64,000 nucleotides of DNA from Chiloscyllium plagiosum. Taxonomy: Eukaryota. The position numbers and the translations under genes were made by a program. Location of the stretch: positions 8,276,759 to 8,340,758 of the forward strand of contig NC_057757.1 of the NCBI RefSeq assembly GCF_004010195.1. Reading direction: 5' to 3'. The notes under the pieces were generated by a model. The model did not search any database, was not told where the DNA came from, and was given only the letters and a program-made list of their open reading frames with translations. Shown here in pieces: positions 38,755 through 51,800 of this stretch. Each line of letters starts with the position of its first letter. Position 1 is the stretch's first letter.

Positions 38755-39593
38755 CAAACATAGGATACAGTATGGATATAAAAATGTAAAATAATATATT
38801 ATTTATTTTAAACATGAAGATTATGGACAAGAAAGTAAAGACATTGCAGGATTTAGGTTAGAATATTACATTAAATTAGAAGCTAAAATGCAATAATCAC
38901 CATTTAAAAACTAAGATTGAGTGCAGGACCAGTTCGGTGCATTGTCTCAGTATGACCTCAGCAATGATCAGAGCAGCCATCAGTCAAAATAATTTTGAAG
39001 ATCAAGCTGACAATGAACCATGAGTGGATTTAGAGACTGAGAATATAAATCCAACATTTTGTGAATGGAGAGAGAAATAAAAACTTAGGAATAAAGAGAC
39101 CAGACACATTACATTTCACCACATTCATACACCTTTATAAAAACAATTTGGCTGTAGTCAGTTGTTACATTCAGCTGAGAAATGTTAATCCCCTGAATAT
39201 TGTGACTTCATATGAAACATGTTATGTTAGGGCGAGCTGGAAATAATAATAATAATGTTGAGATCCAACTACCTCTTGATTGAAGCAAAGCAATAATAAA
39301 TACAGTCATTCAATTCAACATCTTTTCAATCTAATCCAGCAACTAAACATGTCTCAAAAGGCAGAAGGTTTAGAAAGGCTCTGAGGACATTTTTTCATTC
39401 ACCCACAGGGTGCGGAAGTCTGGAATGTACTGCCTGGGAGTGTAGTCAAGTTGGGATACCTCACAAAATTTAAAAAAAATGGATGTGGATGAGTACTTGA
39501 GAAGTCATAACTTTCAAGGCTATGGGGTTGAAAGTGGGACTAGTGCAGATCTAGAGTAAGCTTTGTTAGTGTAGCCTCAATGGGTCTCTTCTT

Positions 39594-39910
39594 GGGCAGA
39601 ACGGTGGCTCAGTAGTTAACACTGCTGCCTCACAGTGCCAGGGAACTGGGTTCGATTCCTGCCTCAGGTGACTAACTGTGTGGAGTTTGCACGTTCTCCC
39701 CATGTCTGCGTGTGTTTCTTCCGGGTGCTCTGGTTTCCTCCCACAATCCAAAGATGTGCAGGCCAGGTGAATTGGCTATGCTAAATTGCCTGTAGTGTTT
39801 AGGGCATTAGTCAGGCTAAATATAGGTTCTGGGGAGGTTGCTGTTTGGAGGGTCAGTGTGGACTTGTTGGGCCGAAGGGCCTGTTCCCATACTGCAGAGA
39901 ATCTAATCTT
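39594..39910 (+). mobile_element. HE1-like SINE
   Basis: Full head with GGTTCGATTCC B box, core and tail. Confidence 0.92.
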
Positions 39911-39932
39911 CTCTATTATATGATTCTATGGT

Positions 39933-40260
39933 TTTAGATTAGATTGTGCACAGTATGGAAACAGGCCCTTCGGCCCAACATGTCCACACTGACCCTCCGA
40001 AGAGTAACCCAACCAGACTCATTCCCCTACCCTATATTTACCCCTGACTAATGCACCTAGCACTATGGACAATTTAGCATGGCCAATTTTCCTAACCTGC
40101 ACCTCTTTGGATTGTGGGAGTATACCAGAGCACCCGGAAGGAACCCACACAGTCACGAGGAGAATGTGCAAACTTCACACAGACAGTCACCTGAGGTGGG
40201 AATTGAACCCGAGTCTCTGGGGCTGTGAGGCAGCAGTGCTAACCACTGAGCTACCCTACC
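39933..40260 (-). mobile_element. HE1-like SINE, tail-to-tail with the preceding copy
   Basis: Reverse complement of the SINE consensus. Confidence 0.92.
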
Positions 40261-40606
40261 ATCTGTTACCCTCCTGCAATCCAGATAATGAAGTTGCAAA
40301 CCAAGAGCTGCAACTGACTGCATTTTAGCTTACATTTCAGAGTGAAACATTGCATGGGAACACCTCCTAACTCTATTCCATGTCAGTGTCAACATGTTTC
40401 TCTTCATAATTATTTCGAATCAACCTGTTGAGATAGATTCTGAGATACCTACTGAGGAACTGCGACTTGAACTCCTGACCCCGCAGCTGGGACACTGTAT
40501 AGTACCATCCTTTGTTATAACGACTACAGTGGCAGACCAGTCCACAACCGTCGTGGAGAATTCTTTCTTGGTCCTTTACCTCAGTCCTTTATGTTAGGGA
40601 GAAACG

Positions 40607-40678
40607 GGGTTCTACCGCAATTTCAATCAAAATGACTGGATTCAGAGTCCAGAGTGCTCACCATTCTATCACGGAACG
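40607..40678 (-). pseudogene. tRNA-Gln(CTG) pseudogene
   Basis: The minus strand reads CGTTCCGTGATAGAATGGTGAGCACTCTGGACTCTGAATCCAGTCATTTTGATTGAAATTGCGGTAGAACCC, which aligns without gaps (72 nt) to vertebrate tRNA-Gln-CTG as recalled. The anticodon arm is intact; the T-arm/B box is destroyed. Confidence 0.8.
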
Positions 40679-40959
40679 TATTGCTTCCAGCTTAGCAAGA
40701 TTGCAAACAGAGATCTTTAAGTGTAAAGTGAACTTCATACACTTCACTACACAACAGAAACGCCAGCGCAATGATAAAATAAAAAGTAGTATTGTAGCGA
40801 AAAAGACACATTAATATGTTCAAAGCAAATATCTTTCCTGGAAAGACATCATAACATTGAAAGGGAACACAAAACAGATGAGTGATCACAGCAATTTTGT
40901 TTTGAAGCAGCTATAATCAAAATTACTTTCAAAGCATATGACAAATTCCAGTACAGCAC

Positions 40960-41029
40960 CTGGTACCCCAATAGCTGCAAGGATGGGATACTAAATTGCA
41001 AACAGCAGACCTTTTGGTACACCATGCAT
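40960..41029 (-). pseudogene. GPR139-like GPCR pseudogene B, exon 1 (MHGVPKGLLFAI*YPILAAIGVP + G)
   Basis: ATG at 41029-41027, in-frame TAG at 40993-40991, phase-1 end and weak donor gtgctg. Splices to exon 2 as IGVPANLTV. Confidence 0.82.
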
Positions 41030-41519
41030 TTCAATAAATGTCATTACTCCATAATAGTGCATAATAGTGGGTGAGACTATGGTATCTGATGTGACAATCC
41101 GAACAGCAATTAGGTGTTTTGAATTTTGAAATTAGTTGTGAACTTGCAACACCAAAAAAGAAGCTGATTTGAAATGTCTTTGGTTTGATGTCATGTGCAC
41201 CAAAGGTGAACTGTGAAAGCCCCCCTGTCTGATCCCAATCACATACCCTCAGATTTAAAAAAATCTTTAGAAACAACAGAATGGAGTCATTACTTACAGC
41301 AAACACAGAGAATGCTGTAGAAACTCAACAGGTCTGGCAGCATCTGCAGGGAGAGTTAGTGTTGAATCTGGTATAAATTTTTTTCAGAATGGAATTCTGT
41401 GTCAAAACAGATTTGATGAGTTACTGCAATTGGGTGGTGCACATTGCTGTTATTCTGCATGGAGATCCATTTAGACATAGGAGAGACAGAGAATAATTAG
41501 TTTAAAAGTGAATTACTAT

Positions 41520-42020
41520 TGGGAAAGACTGAAGGACTGTAATGTCAAGATTATGTGAATTCCAGAGATAAGGTGAGACTGACTAGCTGTAATATCCAGG
41601 CCACATTTGCTTGGACATGGCTTCAAGGAGCCCCAGCTCCAGGGGAAATCAGGGGGAAACTCTCTGCTGGTTACAATCACACCTGGTACATAGGAAGATG
41701 GTTGTGGTTTTTGGAGGTCAGTCATCTCAACTCCAGGATATCCCTGCAGGAGTTCCCCAGGGAAGTGCCCGAGGTCCAACCATCTTCGCTTCCTTCATCA
41801 ATGACTTTCCTTCCATCATAAAGTAAGAAGTCAACGATTGTACAATATTCAGCAGCATTCACATCTCCTCAGATACTGAAGCAGACCATGTTCAAAATGC
41901 AACAAGATCTGGACAATATCCAGGCTTGGGCTGACAAGTGGAAAGTAACTTCATTCCACACAAATGACATGTAATGGCCATTGCCAAGAAGAGACAATCT
42001 AACTATTGCCCATTAACATT
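41520..42020 (+). mobile_element. CR1/L2-group LINE RT fragment
   Basis: VVVFGGQSSQLQDIPAGVPQGSARGPTIFASFINDFP. Confidence 0.8.
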
Positions 42021-43089
42021 CATAGAAAACTGAAACTGACATCTTACTCTTAACCTGTCATGGCTGTCCAGTCAACTTTCTCAGTTTAGCTGAGGTATTG
42101 TGCAAACTTAAAGATTGGAGTCTAGAATGAATCTTGTTAAACACGGGTTCTGCAACTACTGATGCGACTGCGCTGGTATTGATTTCCTTGAGAAATGAGT
42201 GACCGTTTAACCATACATTAATGCTTACGTGAAAAACAAAGTGAAAAGGGAGGGTAGGGATTCAAATCAAAACTGCACTGGAGGGGGAACTAAAGCACTG
42301 CACCCCCACAGTATTCAACTCCCCACTAATGACAGCGAGAGCATTGGTGGAGACCGTGTGTTCCATCTCCAAGGACACGGGCTCGAACATAGCCACAGAA
42401 GAGTATGAGGCAGTAGGCTGAAACAATGTCCTCCATGGCCCACTGCCTAGACCTATTTATTAGCTAGCCTCACCAGGCCCTGGTGTAGACCCAAGAAGAA
42501 TCACCAATTCCCTGTAGGATTCTATGATTCTTCATGGGTCTGCTCATGAGGAGGTCCTCTGATGTATCCAAAGATCAGGAGCGTGGGACTGAAGTGCAAC
42601 TAAAAGCAGAGCAGAAGGTCCTTCTGATTACTGAAAAGGTAGCACTAATGACCAATATACACCTGGTCCACAGATTCCAAAGTGCCACAAGACAAGTAAT
42701 TGGCTAAGAGTCTGTGAATCACTGCATCCTCCAATTGGTGCTCGACATCAGGTCCAAAGTTGGATGGCAGTAGTTGCGAGCCAGATGTCTGTCACTGCCC
42801 TGCATGCCATATCCTGCAGAGACATCCAGCCCAGGGCCTCCACCACCCAGCACCTACCCAACCCTGGTCACCTCCACCGCCATGGCCCTTTCTCCACCAG
42901 CCACTCAAACCTGTTATTATGGAGGTGCGGATTCCTGAACAATGGTTCTCTGATGTTGGGTATTTCTGACAGTGGGTAGCCCCAAGGTGACTCGACCATG
43001 TCCTATACAGTGATCAGGTCCTGGAAAAAGACAGGCAGAGTCCTGAGGGTGATCTGCAAACCCTCACGGTCAATGAACAGAGCTGCATG

Positions 43090-45670
43090 TCGTAATTGGA
43101 ATTTTTATCCTTAAATTTTCTTGAAAACTTTAATAGGTTCAAATCGGTATATACAATTGTCTCAGAAACATTACTCACAATATAAATATTGAAATGTTGC
43201 AATGCCAACACCAAACTCAAAGTTTCCTTTTCAATTGAAGAAATATTTCTACTGCTTATTATTCAATTTTCTGGAAAAATAGCCAATATTCTCGACATCT
43301 TTCGATAAGAGTACAAGCATTGATGTGCCCATATCACTCACATCAATAGCCACCTTGAAAGACTTTGTGTAATAAGATGTGGATAACACTGGAGCAGTGG
43401 TTTACACAGCTTTCAGACTGGTAAATGCCTTCTGACAGTCCGCTATCCACTGTAATTTCCCACACTTCTTCAATAAAGTAAGTCGGTGGAGCAGCCACAC
43501 TGCTAAAATTCAGTATGAATTTCAACTAAAACCCATTCAATCCCAAGAATCACAGCAATGCCATCTTCCTCGAAGGTATGGGAAACTCCCTAATCACCTT
43601 TCTTTTCAAATACCATCGAGCCACCTGACCATGTCCAATAACATGGCCCATGAATATGACTTGGGCTTTTCAAACTCACTCTTAGACAGGTTTATCACCA
43701 AGTCTGCTTCCCGAAGGTCATCGAACAACTCCGATAGATGCTGCAAATGTTCCTTCCATATGTGTCTGATCATATGTGGTAATCACAAGATCACAGATGT
43801 ATACCACAAAATGTGGTAATCCGGAAATGGCTTGATTGATTAGTCCTGAAATGTGGCTAGCACATTCTTCATACCGAACAGCATGACGTTAAACTGGTAC
43901 AGTACATTCAATGTCACAAGAACCAAAATTGCCTTTGGTTTTTCAGAGAAAGTTACCTGTCAGTATCCTCTGAGTAAGTCCAACTTCGAAATCTAAGTTA
44001 CTTATCCCACCTTCTCAATTAGTCTTCCAAATGCGGAGTAGAATATGAATCAGAATTTATAACTGAATTGACTTTGCGGTAGTCCATACATAATCATTGG
44101 GTATCATTAAATTTTGTTACCAATACGATAGTAAGTTCCAATTGTGGCAATTTACTTTGATTATACTGTCTTTCAGCAAGTGTACAATCTCTTGTTGCTG
44201 ACTTTAGAGGTTTAAATCTATAAAGATGTTGCTTAATTGGAACAGATGTTCTAAATGCTACATCAAGTGCAATTGGATAAGTACTTCTCAACTTATTTCC
44301 GAATATCTCGCCGTGTGATTGTAATAACTCTTCCAAGTTTCGATTTTCCTCTGGAAAGTAGCTCAATCATATATCTTAATTTTGGAGAATGTCCGCATTG
44401 TCCAATTTAATTTGTGCAATGTCCAACTTAGACTCCTCCAAAATCGGTTCCTCACTCTGCACTGTAACCAACAGTACATTCTCCATTTTCTTTCCGATCC
44501 AAATACCCTTTGAGCATCTTCACATGGTACCCTATGGGATTTCTTTCTGTTTGGCATTCTTACTAAATAATTCATTTCACTCAATTTCCTTTTTAATATC
44601 GTAAGTTTCACTAAACCTTGCTTATATAGGTTGACCTATCACTGGAAGTACCTTTAACACTTTATCTCCAGTAGCAAAATTGCAAATTTTTGATTTGTTG
44701 ACAAAGTACTGTTTGATCACATGCTCTGCTACTTTTAAATGATGCCTAGCCAACTCACCCATCTATTTTAACAAACTCATCCACTATATTTAATCACTCA
44801 CCCACTCTACTTAGACTTTCGTTAAAATTTGACATACAATCCAAATATGTGGTCACTGAACTCTGACTCAACAATTTCTATTTAATTAATTTCAGTGATC
44901 CTCTCATCTTATGCCCCAAAACTAATACAAATGAACTTAATTTGATGGTTTCATTTGTGCATCCCATTTGCAAAAGTACAAATGGAATTCCTTTATCCCG
45001 ATGCTCTAGATAGTCTCGACTTTGATCACTCAACAAGGTCTTTAAAGTTTGATGCTACCATTCTAAACCTCCCTCCAACTCTGGATTTGAATTATATTAT
45101 TCCTAAGCTATCAACAAAGTCCTGTAATAATTTTGCTGAAAATTTGACACTCCATTTCATTGTATTTCTAAGTGCAGTCCATATCGAATAAAAGATTTGA
45201 ACTGTTCTATAATTCTTCTAGCCACGATCCTACACAATGGAACAGCTTCTGGAAATCTAGTGGTTGCATCCATTATGGCTAACCAATATTGATTCCCATT
45301 TTTTTGTTTTCAGTATGGGTACTCCACAATCAATAAAGTGCCTTGTAAAAGGTTCCTCAAGTGCAGCAATAGGTATTAAAGGTTCTGGTGTGATCACTGC
45401 CTGAGTGTTTCCAATTACCTGACACAGATGACATGTCCTGCAAACTTCAACCACAAGAAACAATAAAAATGTTTTTGTATATTGCCTCCAGTTTTCTTTC
45501 CTCCCAAAATGACTTCCATGTGTGAAGTCATCTGCTACCCACATCTACTTTCTATAACCCAACAGTAATACAACTTGATGACCTTCTGCACGTTTCCCAT
45601 CCACCTGATTATGTGATGGTCTCCATTTCCTTTAAAAAGGCCTCATTTATAAGATGGTAACATTCTGGGT
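43090..45670 (-). mobile_element. Degenerate Ty3/Gypsy pol, Gmr1-type order IN-RT-RNaseH
   Basis: Minus strand in order: integrase (HFG...CRTCHLCQVIG...LIPIAALEEPFTRHFIDCG), then RT (PIKQHLYR, YQFNVMLFGMKN), then RNase H (SLVLALQHFNIYI...TIVYTD). Confidence 0.85.
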
Positions 45671-46454
45671 TACACTCGGACTCTGTATTCTATATTCTAT
45701 TCCCTAGCTAATGAAGCCGAGCATTTCTTTTACCTTCTAAACCATCCTGTCCACCTGTGGTAAAAGCTTCAGGAATTGATGGACTAATACACCAAGCTCC
45801 CCTTGTCCCCTATAACCTACCATTTACTTGGTCCCTCCAGCCTCTTCCGCCATTCAGTCAGAACATGATTGATCCGCCATTCAATCAGAACATGATTGAT
45901 CCGACATTTCACACGGCCACTTTCCTGCCTTTTCCCTATAAGCCCTGATTCCTCAACTGATCAAGGATCTATCTCTGATGAAGATGAAGATGAACTCCAA
46001 ACGTCAGCCTGCCCTCTGTCCATGGATGCTGCCTGACCCTCTGTGAGTTCCAGCATTTTTTGTTTTCAGTACAGATCCAAGCATCTGCAGTAATTAGCTC
46101 CCACAAGGCTCTATCTCTCTCAGTCTTAAATATACACAAGGACTCTACTCCCTCAGCTCTCCCTGTGGGTGTGCCATCCTATTCATCTCCCATAAAACAA
46201 ACCTTAATTTCTCATTTACTACCTCAGAGAGGTGTGTACTATCAACACTTGCAATTTTGGGACATAATCATCCCTTGCCTTAATACAATTATCCAATTTG
46301 CATAAGATTTTTGGTTACTTTTTTTTATCTCAGCTGCCAATCCATCATCATTATCTTTTCTTTGGCACTAATTGACCTTATGTTCAATTTCTGTTTGAAT
46401 TTTTCATACTGCTCATTGTTCTAAATTCTACTGTCAATTCACCATAAGAGGTGT

Positions 46455-47280
46455 ACTTCATAAGTTTTCAGATGACACCAAAATTGGAGGTGTAGTGGCA
46501 GCAAAGAAGGTTACCTCAGATTACAATGAGATCTGGATCAGCTGGGCCAATGGGTTGAGGTGTGGCAGATGGAGTTTAATTTGGATAAATGCGAGGTGCT
46601 GTATTTTGGGAAAGCAAATCTTAGTAGGACTTATACACTTAATGGTAAGTTCCTAGGGAGTGTTGCTGAACAAAGAGACTTTGGACTGCACGTTCATAGC
46701 TCCTTGAAAGTAGAGTCATTGGTAGATATGATAATGAAGAAGCCGTTTGATATGCTTTCTTTTATTGGTCAGAGTATTGAGTACAGGGGTTGGGAGGTCA
46801 TGTTGCGGCTGTATAGAACATGGGTTAGGCCGCTTTTGGAATATTGCATGCAATTCTAGTCTCCTTCCTATCAGAAGGATGTTGTGAAACTTGAAAGTGT
46901 TTAGAAACGTTTCCAAGGATGTTGGCAGGGTTGGAGGTTTTGAGCTAAAGGGAGAGGTTGAATAATCTGAAGCTGTTTTCCCTGGAACTTCGGAGGCTGA
47001 GGGGTGACCTTATAGAGTTTGTAAAATCATGAGGGGAATGGATAGGATAAATAGACAAAGTCTCTTCCTTGGGGTGGGGCAGAGGGTGGTATGTGCGTGG
47101 AACAGATTGCCAGAGGAAGTGGTGGAGGTGAGTACAATTGCAGCATTTAAAAGGCATTTGGATGGGTATATGAACAAAAAAGGGTGGTGGCTGGTGGAAC
47201 TAGATTGAGTTGGGATATCTGGTCAGCTTGGATGAGTTGGACTGAAGGGTCTGTTTCTGCGTTGTACATCTCTATGACTA
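46455..47280 (+). mobile_element. CR1 LINE 3' fragment
   Basis: WQMEFNLDKCEVLYFG...LYRTWVRPLLEYC; 3' tail. Confidence 0.92.
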
Positions 47281-47434
47281 AGACTACGACGGTTTACGTT
47301 TGCATTGTATGTCAGATGCCAGGAATTCTGGCTAAAACAACATGTATGGCCCATCCCTAACATTCCCAGTGAAGACGGGTTTGTGCTGATCAGATTCACT
47401 GTTGTTTCTGCATTTACCTGCATGTATTTTTGTT

Positions 47435-47975
47435 ATTCACTTGCGGGACGTGGGCATCGCTGGTCCTGTATTTATTGCCTGTGCCCTATTGCTCCTTCAT
47501 AAAGTGTGGAGGTGAGTTGCCTTCTTAAACTGCTGCAGTCTGTGTGGTGCAGGTAGACCCACAATACTGTTAGGGAGGGAGCCCCAGGATTCTGACCCAG
47601 TGACACTGAAGGAAAGGTGACATATTTCCAAGTCAGGATGGTGTATGAGTTTGAGGAGAACATGCAGGGGTTGGTTTTTTCATGTATCTGTTGCCCTAGT
47701 CCTTCTGAATGTTAGAGGTTGTGGGTTTAGAAAGTGTTGTCTGAGGACCTTTGTCAAATTTCTGCAGTGCATCTTGTAGATGGTACACACTGCAGCTACT
47801 GAGAATAAGTGCTGGAAGGAATGGATGTTTGTGGATGTGGTGGAAATTAAGCAGGCTGCTTTGTCCTGGATGGTATTCAGCTTCTTGAGTGTTGTTAGAG
47901 CTGCACCCATCCAGGCAATGGGGAGCATTCTGTCACAATCTTGACTTGTGCTTTGTAGATGGTGGACAGACTTTG
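47435..47975 (-). mobile_element. CR1/L2-group LINE 3' fragment
   Basis: AWMGAALTTLKKLNTIQDKAACLI...VAAVCTIYKMHCRN. Confidence 0.82.
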
Positions 47976-50900
47976 CATCGTTGTTAAATGGAACCTTACT
48001 GTAACATTACAATAGTGAATAGTGTGGGTTATGTCTTGATTTTTGTTTTATTATTGTGGTCTGTGTTTTGATTACATTTTAAAAATATAAACCATAAGTA
48101 TTAAGTTAGCTTGGAGCAGTATTTTTGTAGAGCAATAAGACTGTGCTATTTTCTGGGTCTGTAGATTGTGAAGGAGCAAAGATGGCCTTTGGTACAGTGA
48201 TGTACTCTTCCTGTCCAATGTGAGAGATTAGGGAGCATTTCCATGTTCTTGATTATTATGTCTGCAGGAAGTGCCTTTGGTTGTGAATACTATCAGATCG
48301 CATGAATTGGTTGGAGCGGCAGTTAGAGTCTCCTTGGCTATTCCCATGTCAAACCACCGTGCTATTTTGGAAAATATAGAAGGTGATGGTCTCTCAGTGG
48401 AATTTAGCACGAACAGCCAAGTTTCAGGTACCGAGAATGGCTCCACCGTAATGAGGGGTACATCGGGTTCCAAGTGATGGATTCTGACAGGGGACTGTCT
48501 AGTCAGAGGCACAAACAGATGTTACTGCAGTTGTCAGAGAACAACCAGAATAGTGTGTTGCCTCCCTGGTGCCAAGATCAAGGATATCTCAGACAGGGTG
48601 CAGAATGTTCTCAAACGGGAGAGGGACCAGCAGGAGGTCGCTGTACACATTGGAACCAATGACATAGGAAGGGAAAAGGATGAGATTCTGAAGGGAGAAC
48701 ATAGGAAGTTAGGCAAGAATTTAAAAAGGAGGTTCTCGAGGGTAGCAACATCTAGATGACTCCCGGTGCTACCAGCTTGTGAGGGGAGGAACAGGAGGGT
48801 ACACCAGATGAGTACATGGCTGAGGAGCTGGTGCAGTGGAGAAGGGTTCACATTGTTGAATCACTGGGATAGAAGTAACCTGTACAAGAGGATGGATTGC
48901 ACCTGAATTGGAAGGGGACAAATATACTGGCAGGGAGATTTGCTGGAGCTGCTTGGGAGGATTTAAACTAGTAAGTTTTGGAGGGGTGGATCCAGGGAAA
49001 TAGTGAGGAACTAGATTGATGTGAGACTGGTATAGTTGTGAAAAGAAGAGAATCAAGCAGTTAGGGCAGCCAGGAACAAAGCAGAGAACAAGGTAGGACT
49101 GATAAATTAAACTGCATTTACTTCAAAGCAAGAGGCCTAACAGGGAAGGCAGATGAAGCCAGGATATGGTTAGGAACATGGGATTCGAATATCATAGCAG
49201 TTACAGAAACATGGCCCAGGGATGGACAGGACTGGCAGCTTAATGTAAAAGCCGGGGGTGGGGGGGGGGTGGGGGGAGGAAGAGAGGAGGGGAAGTTTTT
49301 CTTAAGGGTTAGTATTAGTGCTGTACTTAGGGAGGATATTCCTGGGAATACATCCAGGGATGGTATTCGGGTGGAACTGAGAAATAAGAAAGGGATGGTC
49401 ACCTTATTGGGATTGAATTGTACACCCCCTAACAGGCAGTGGAAAATTGAGAAACAAATTGAAAGGAAATTTCAGTGATCTGTAAAAATAATAGGATGGA
49501 TATAGTAGGGTATTTTAACGTTCCAAACATAGACTGGGATTGCCATAGGGCGAAGGGTTTCGATGGAGACGAATTTATTAAGTGCGCACAAGTAAATGCT
49601 ATGTTTCAGTATGTGGACGTAACTACTAGGGAAGGTGCAAAACTTGACCTACTGTTAGGAAATAAAGCAGGGCAGGTGACTGAGGTGTCAGTGGGTAAGC
49701 ACTTTGGGGCCAGTGACCATTATTCTATTAGATTTAAGAGGGTGATGGAAAAGGATAGGCCAGATCTAAGCATTGAAGTTCTAAATTGGAGGAAGGCTAA
49801 GTTTGACAGTATTAGGCAAGAACTTTGAAAAGCTGATTGGGGGCAGATGTTTGCAGGTAAAGGGACGGCTGGAAAATGGGAAGCCTTTAGAAATGAGAAA
49901 ACGAGAGTCCAGAGACAATATATTCTTGTTAGGGTGAAAGGAAAGGCTGGGAGGTATAGGGGATTCTGGATGACTAGAGAAATTAAGGTTTTGGTTAAGA
50001 AAAAGAAGGAAACATATGTCAGGTATAGACAGGATAGATTGAGAGAATGCTTAGCAGAGTATAAGGTTGTACGAGTACACTTAAGAGGGAAATCAGCAGA
50101 GCAATAGGGGACATGTGATAACTATGGCAAATAGGGTTAAGGAGAAACCAAAATACATTAAGGACAAAAGGGTAACTAGGGAGAGAATAGGGCTCCTCAA
50201 AGTTCAGCAAGGCGGCCTTTGTGTGGAGCCGCAGGATGGTAGCGAGATATTACATGAGTATTCTGCATCAGTATTTCCTGTGGAGAAGGACTTGGAAGAA
50301 TTGGAATGTGAAGAAATAGATGGTGACAACTAGTAAAATGTCCATATTACAGAGGAGGTGGTTGTGGATGTTTTGAAATGTGTAGAAGTGGCAAAATCCT
50401 CAGGACCTGATCAGGTGTTCCCTAGAACTCTGTGGAAATCTAGGGAAGTTATTGCTGGGCCTCTTGCTGAGATATTTTTATCAACAATAGTCACAGGTGA
50501 GGTGCCAGAGACTGGAGGTTGGCTAATGTGATACCCCTATTTAAGAAAATGCTAAGGAAAAGCCAGGGAAGTATAGACAGGTGAGCCTGACATTGGTGGT
50601 GGGCAACTTGTAGGAGGAAATCCTGAAGGACAGGATTTACATGCATTTGGAAAGGCAAGGACTGATTCAGAATAGTCAGCATGGCTTTGTGCATGGAAAA
50701 TCATGTGTCACAAACTTGATTGAGTTTTTTGAAACAATAACAAAGAGGATTGATGAGGTCAGAGAGATAGACCTGATTTATATGGACTTCAGTATGGCAT
50801 TAGACAAGGTTCCTCATTGGAGACTGGTTGGCAAGGTTAGATCTCATGGAATACGGGGAAACGTAGCCACTGCCTTGAAGGCAGAGGACAGAGGGTGGTG

Positions 50901-51800
50901 GTGGAAGGTTGCTTTTCAGACAGCAGGCCTGTGACCACTGTTGTGCCCAAGGATTGATACTGAGTCCACTACTTTTCATCGTTTATATAAATGATTTGGA
51001 TGTGAACAGAGAGGTATAGTTAGTAATTTTGCAGATGGCACCAAAATTGGAGGTGTAGTGGATAGCGAAGAAGGTTACCTCAGAGTACAATGGGATCTTG
51101 ATCAGATGGGCCAATGGGCTGAGGAGTGGCAGATGGAGTTTAATTTAGATAAATGCGAGGTGCATTTTGGAAAAGCAAATCTTAGCAGGACTTATACACT
51201 TTATGGTAGGGTCCTAGGGAGTGTTACTGAACAAAGAGACCTTGGAGTGCATGTTCATAGTTTCTTGAAAGTAGAAGCGTAGGTGGACAGAATAGATATT
51301 TGGTATGCTTTTTTTTATTGGTCAGAGCATTAAGTACAGGAGTTGGGAGGTCATGTTGCAGCTGTACAGGACATTAGTTAAGCCAATTTGGAGTACTGCA
51401 TGCAATTCTGGCCTCCTTCCTATTGGAAGAATGTTGTGAAACTTGCAAGGGTTGAGAAAAGATTTACAAGGATGTTGTCGGGGTTGGAGTGTTTGAGCTA
51501 TAGGGAGAGACTGAATAGACTGAGACTGTTTTCCCTGGAAGGCATAGGTTTGGGCTGAGATGAAAAGATTTACAATGGACTTAAGGGGCAATGTTTTCAT
51601 GCAAACAGTGGTGTGTGTATAGAATGAGCTGCCAGAGGAAGTGGTGGAGGCTAGTACAATGACAACATTTAAAAGGCTTCTGGATGGGCATATGAATGGG
51701 AAGGTTTTAGAGGGATCTCAGCCAAGTGCTGGCAAATGGGACTACATTAGGTTAGAATACATGGTTAGCAAGGACGATCGGATCAAAGCGTCTGTTTCCC
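47975..51800 (+). mobile_element. Near full-length, inactivated CR1 LINE (5' UTR, ORF1 with esterase domain, ORF2 APE-RT)
   Basis: ORF1 from about 48182 with VCCLPGAKIKD...VHIGTND (SGNH-type esterase). ORF2 endonuclease (IIAVTETW, GYFNVPNIDW, SDHYSI) and RT (SQHGF, IYMDFS, WQMEFN); many stops and frameshifts. Confidence 0.92.

Noticed and set aside
42400..43080. Moderately GC-rich stretch with short ORFs
   Set aside because: Possibly an old transposon remnant, but I could not identify any motif to support a call.
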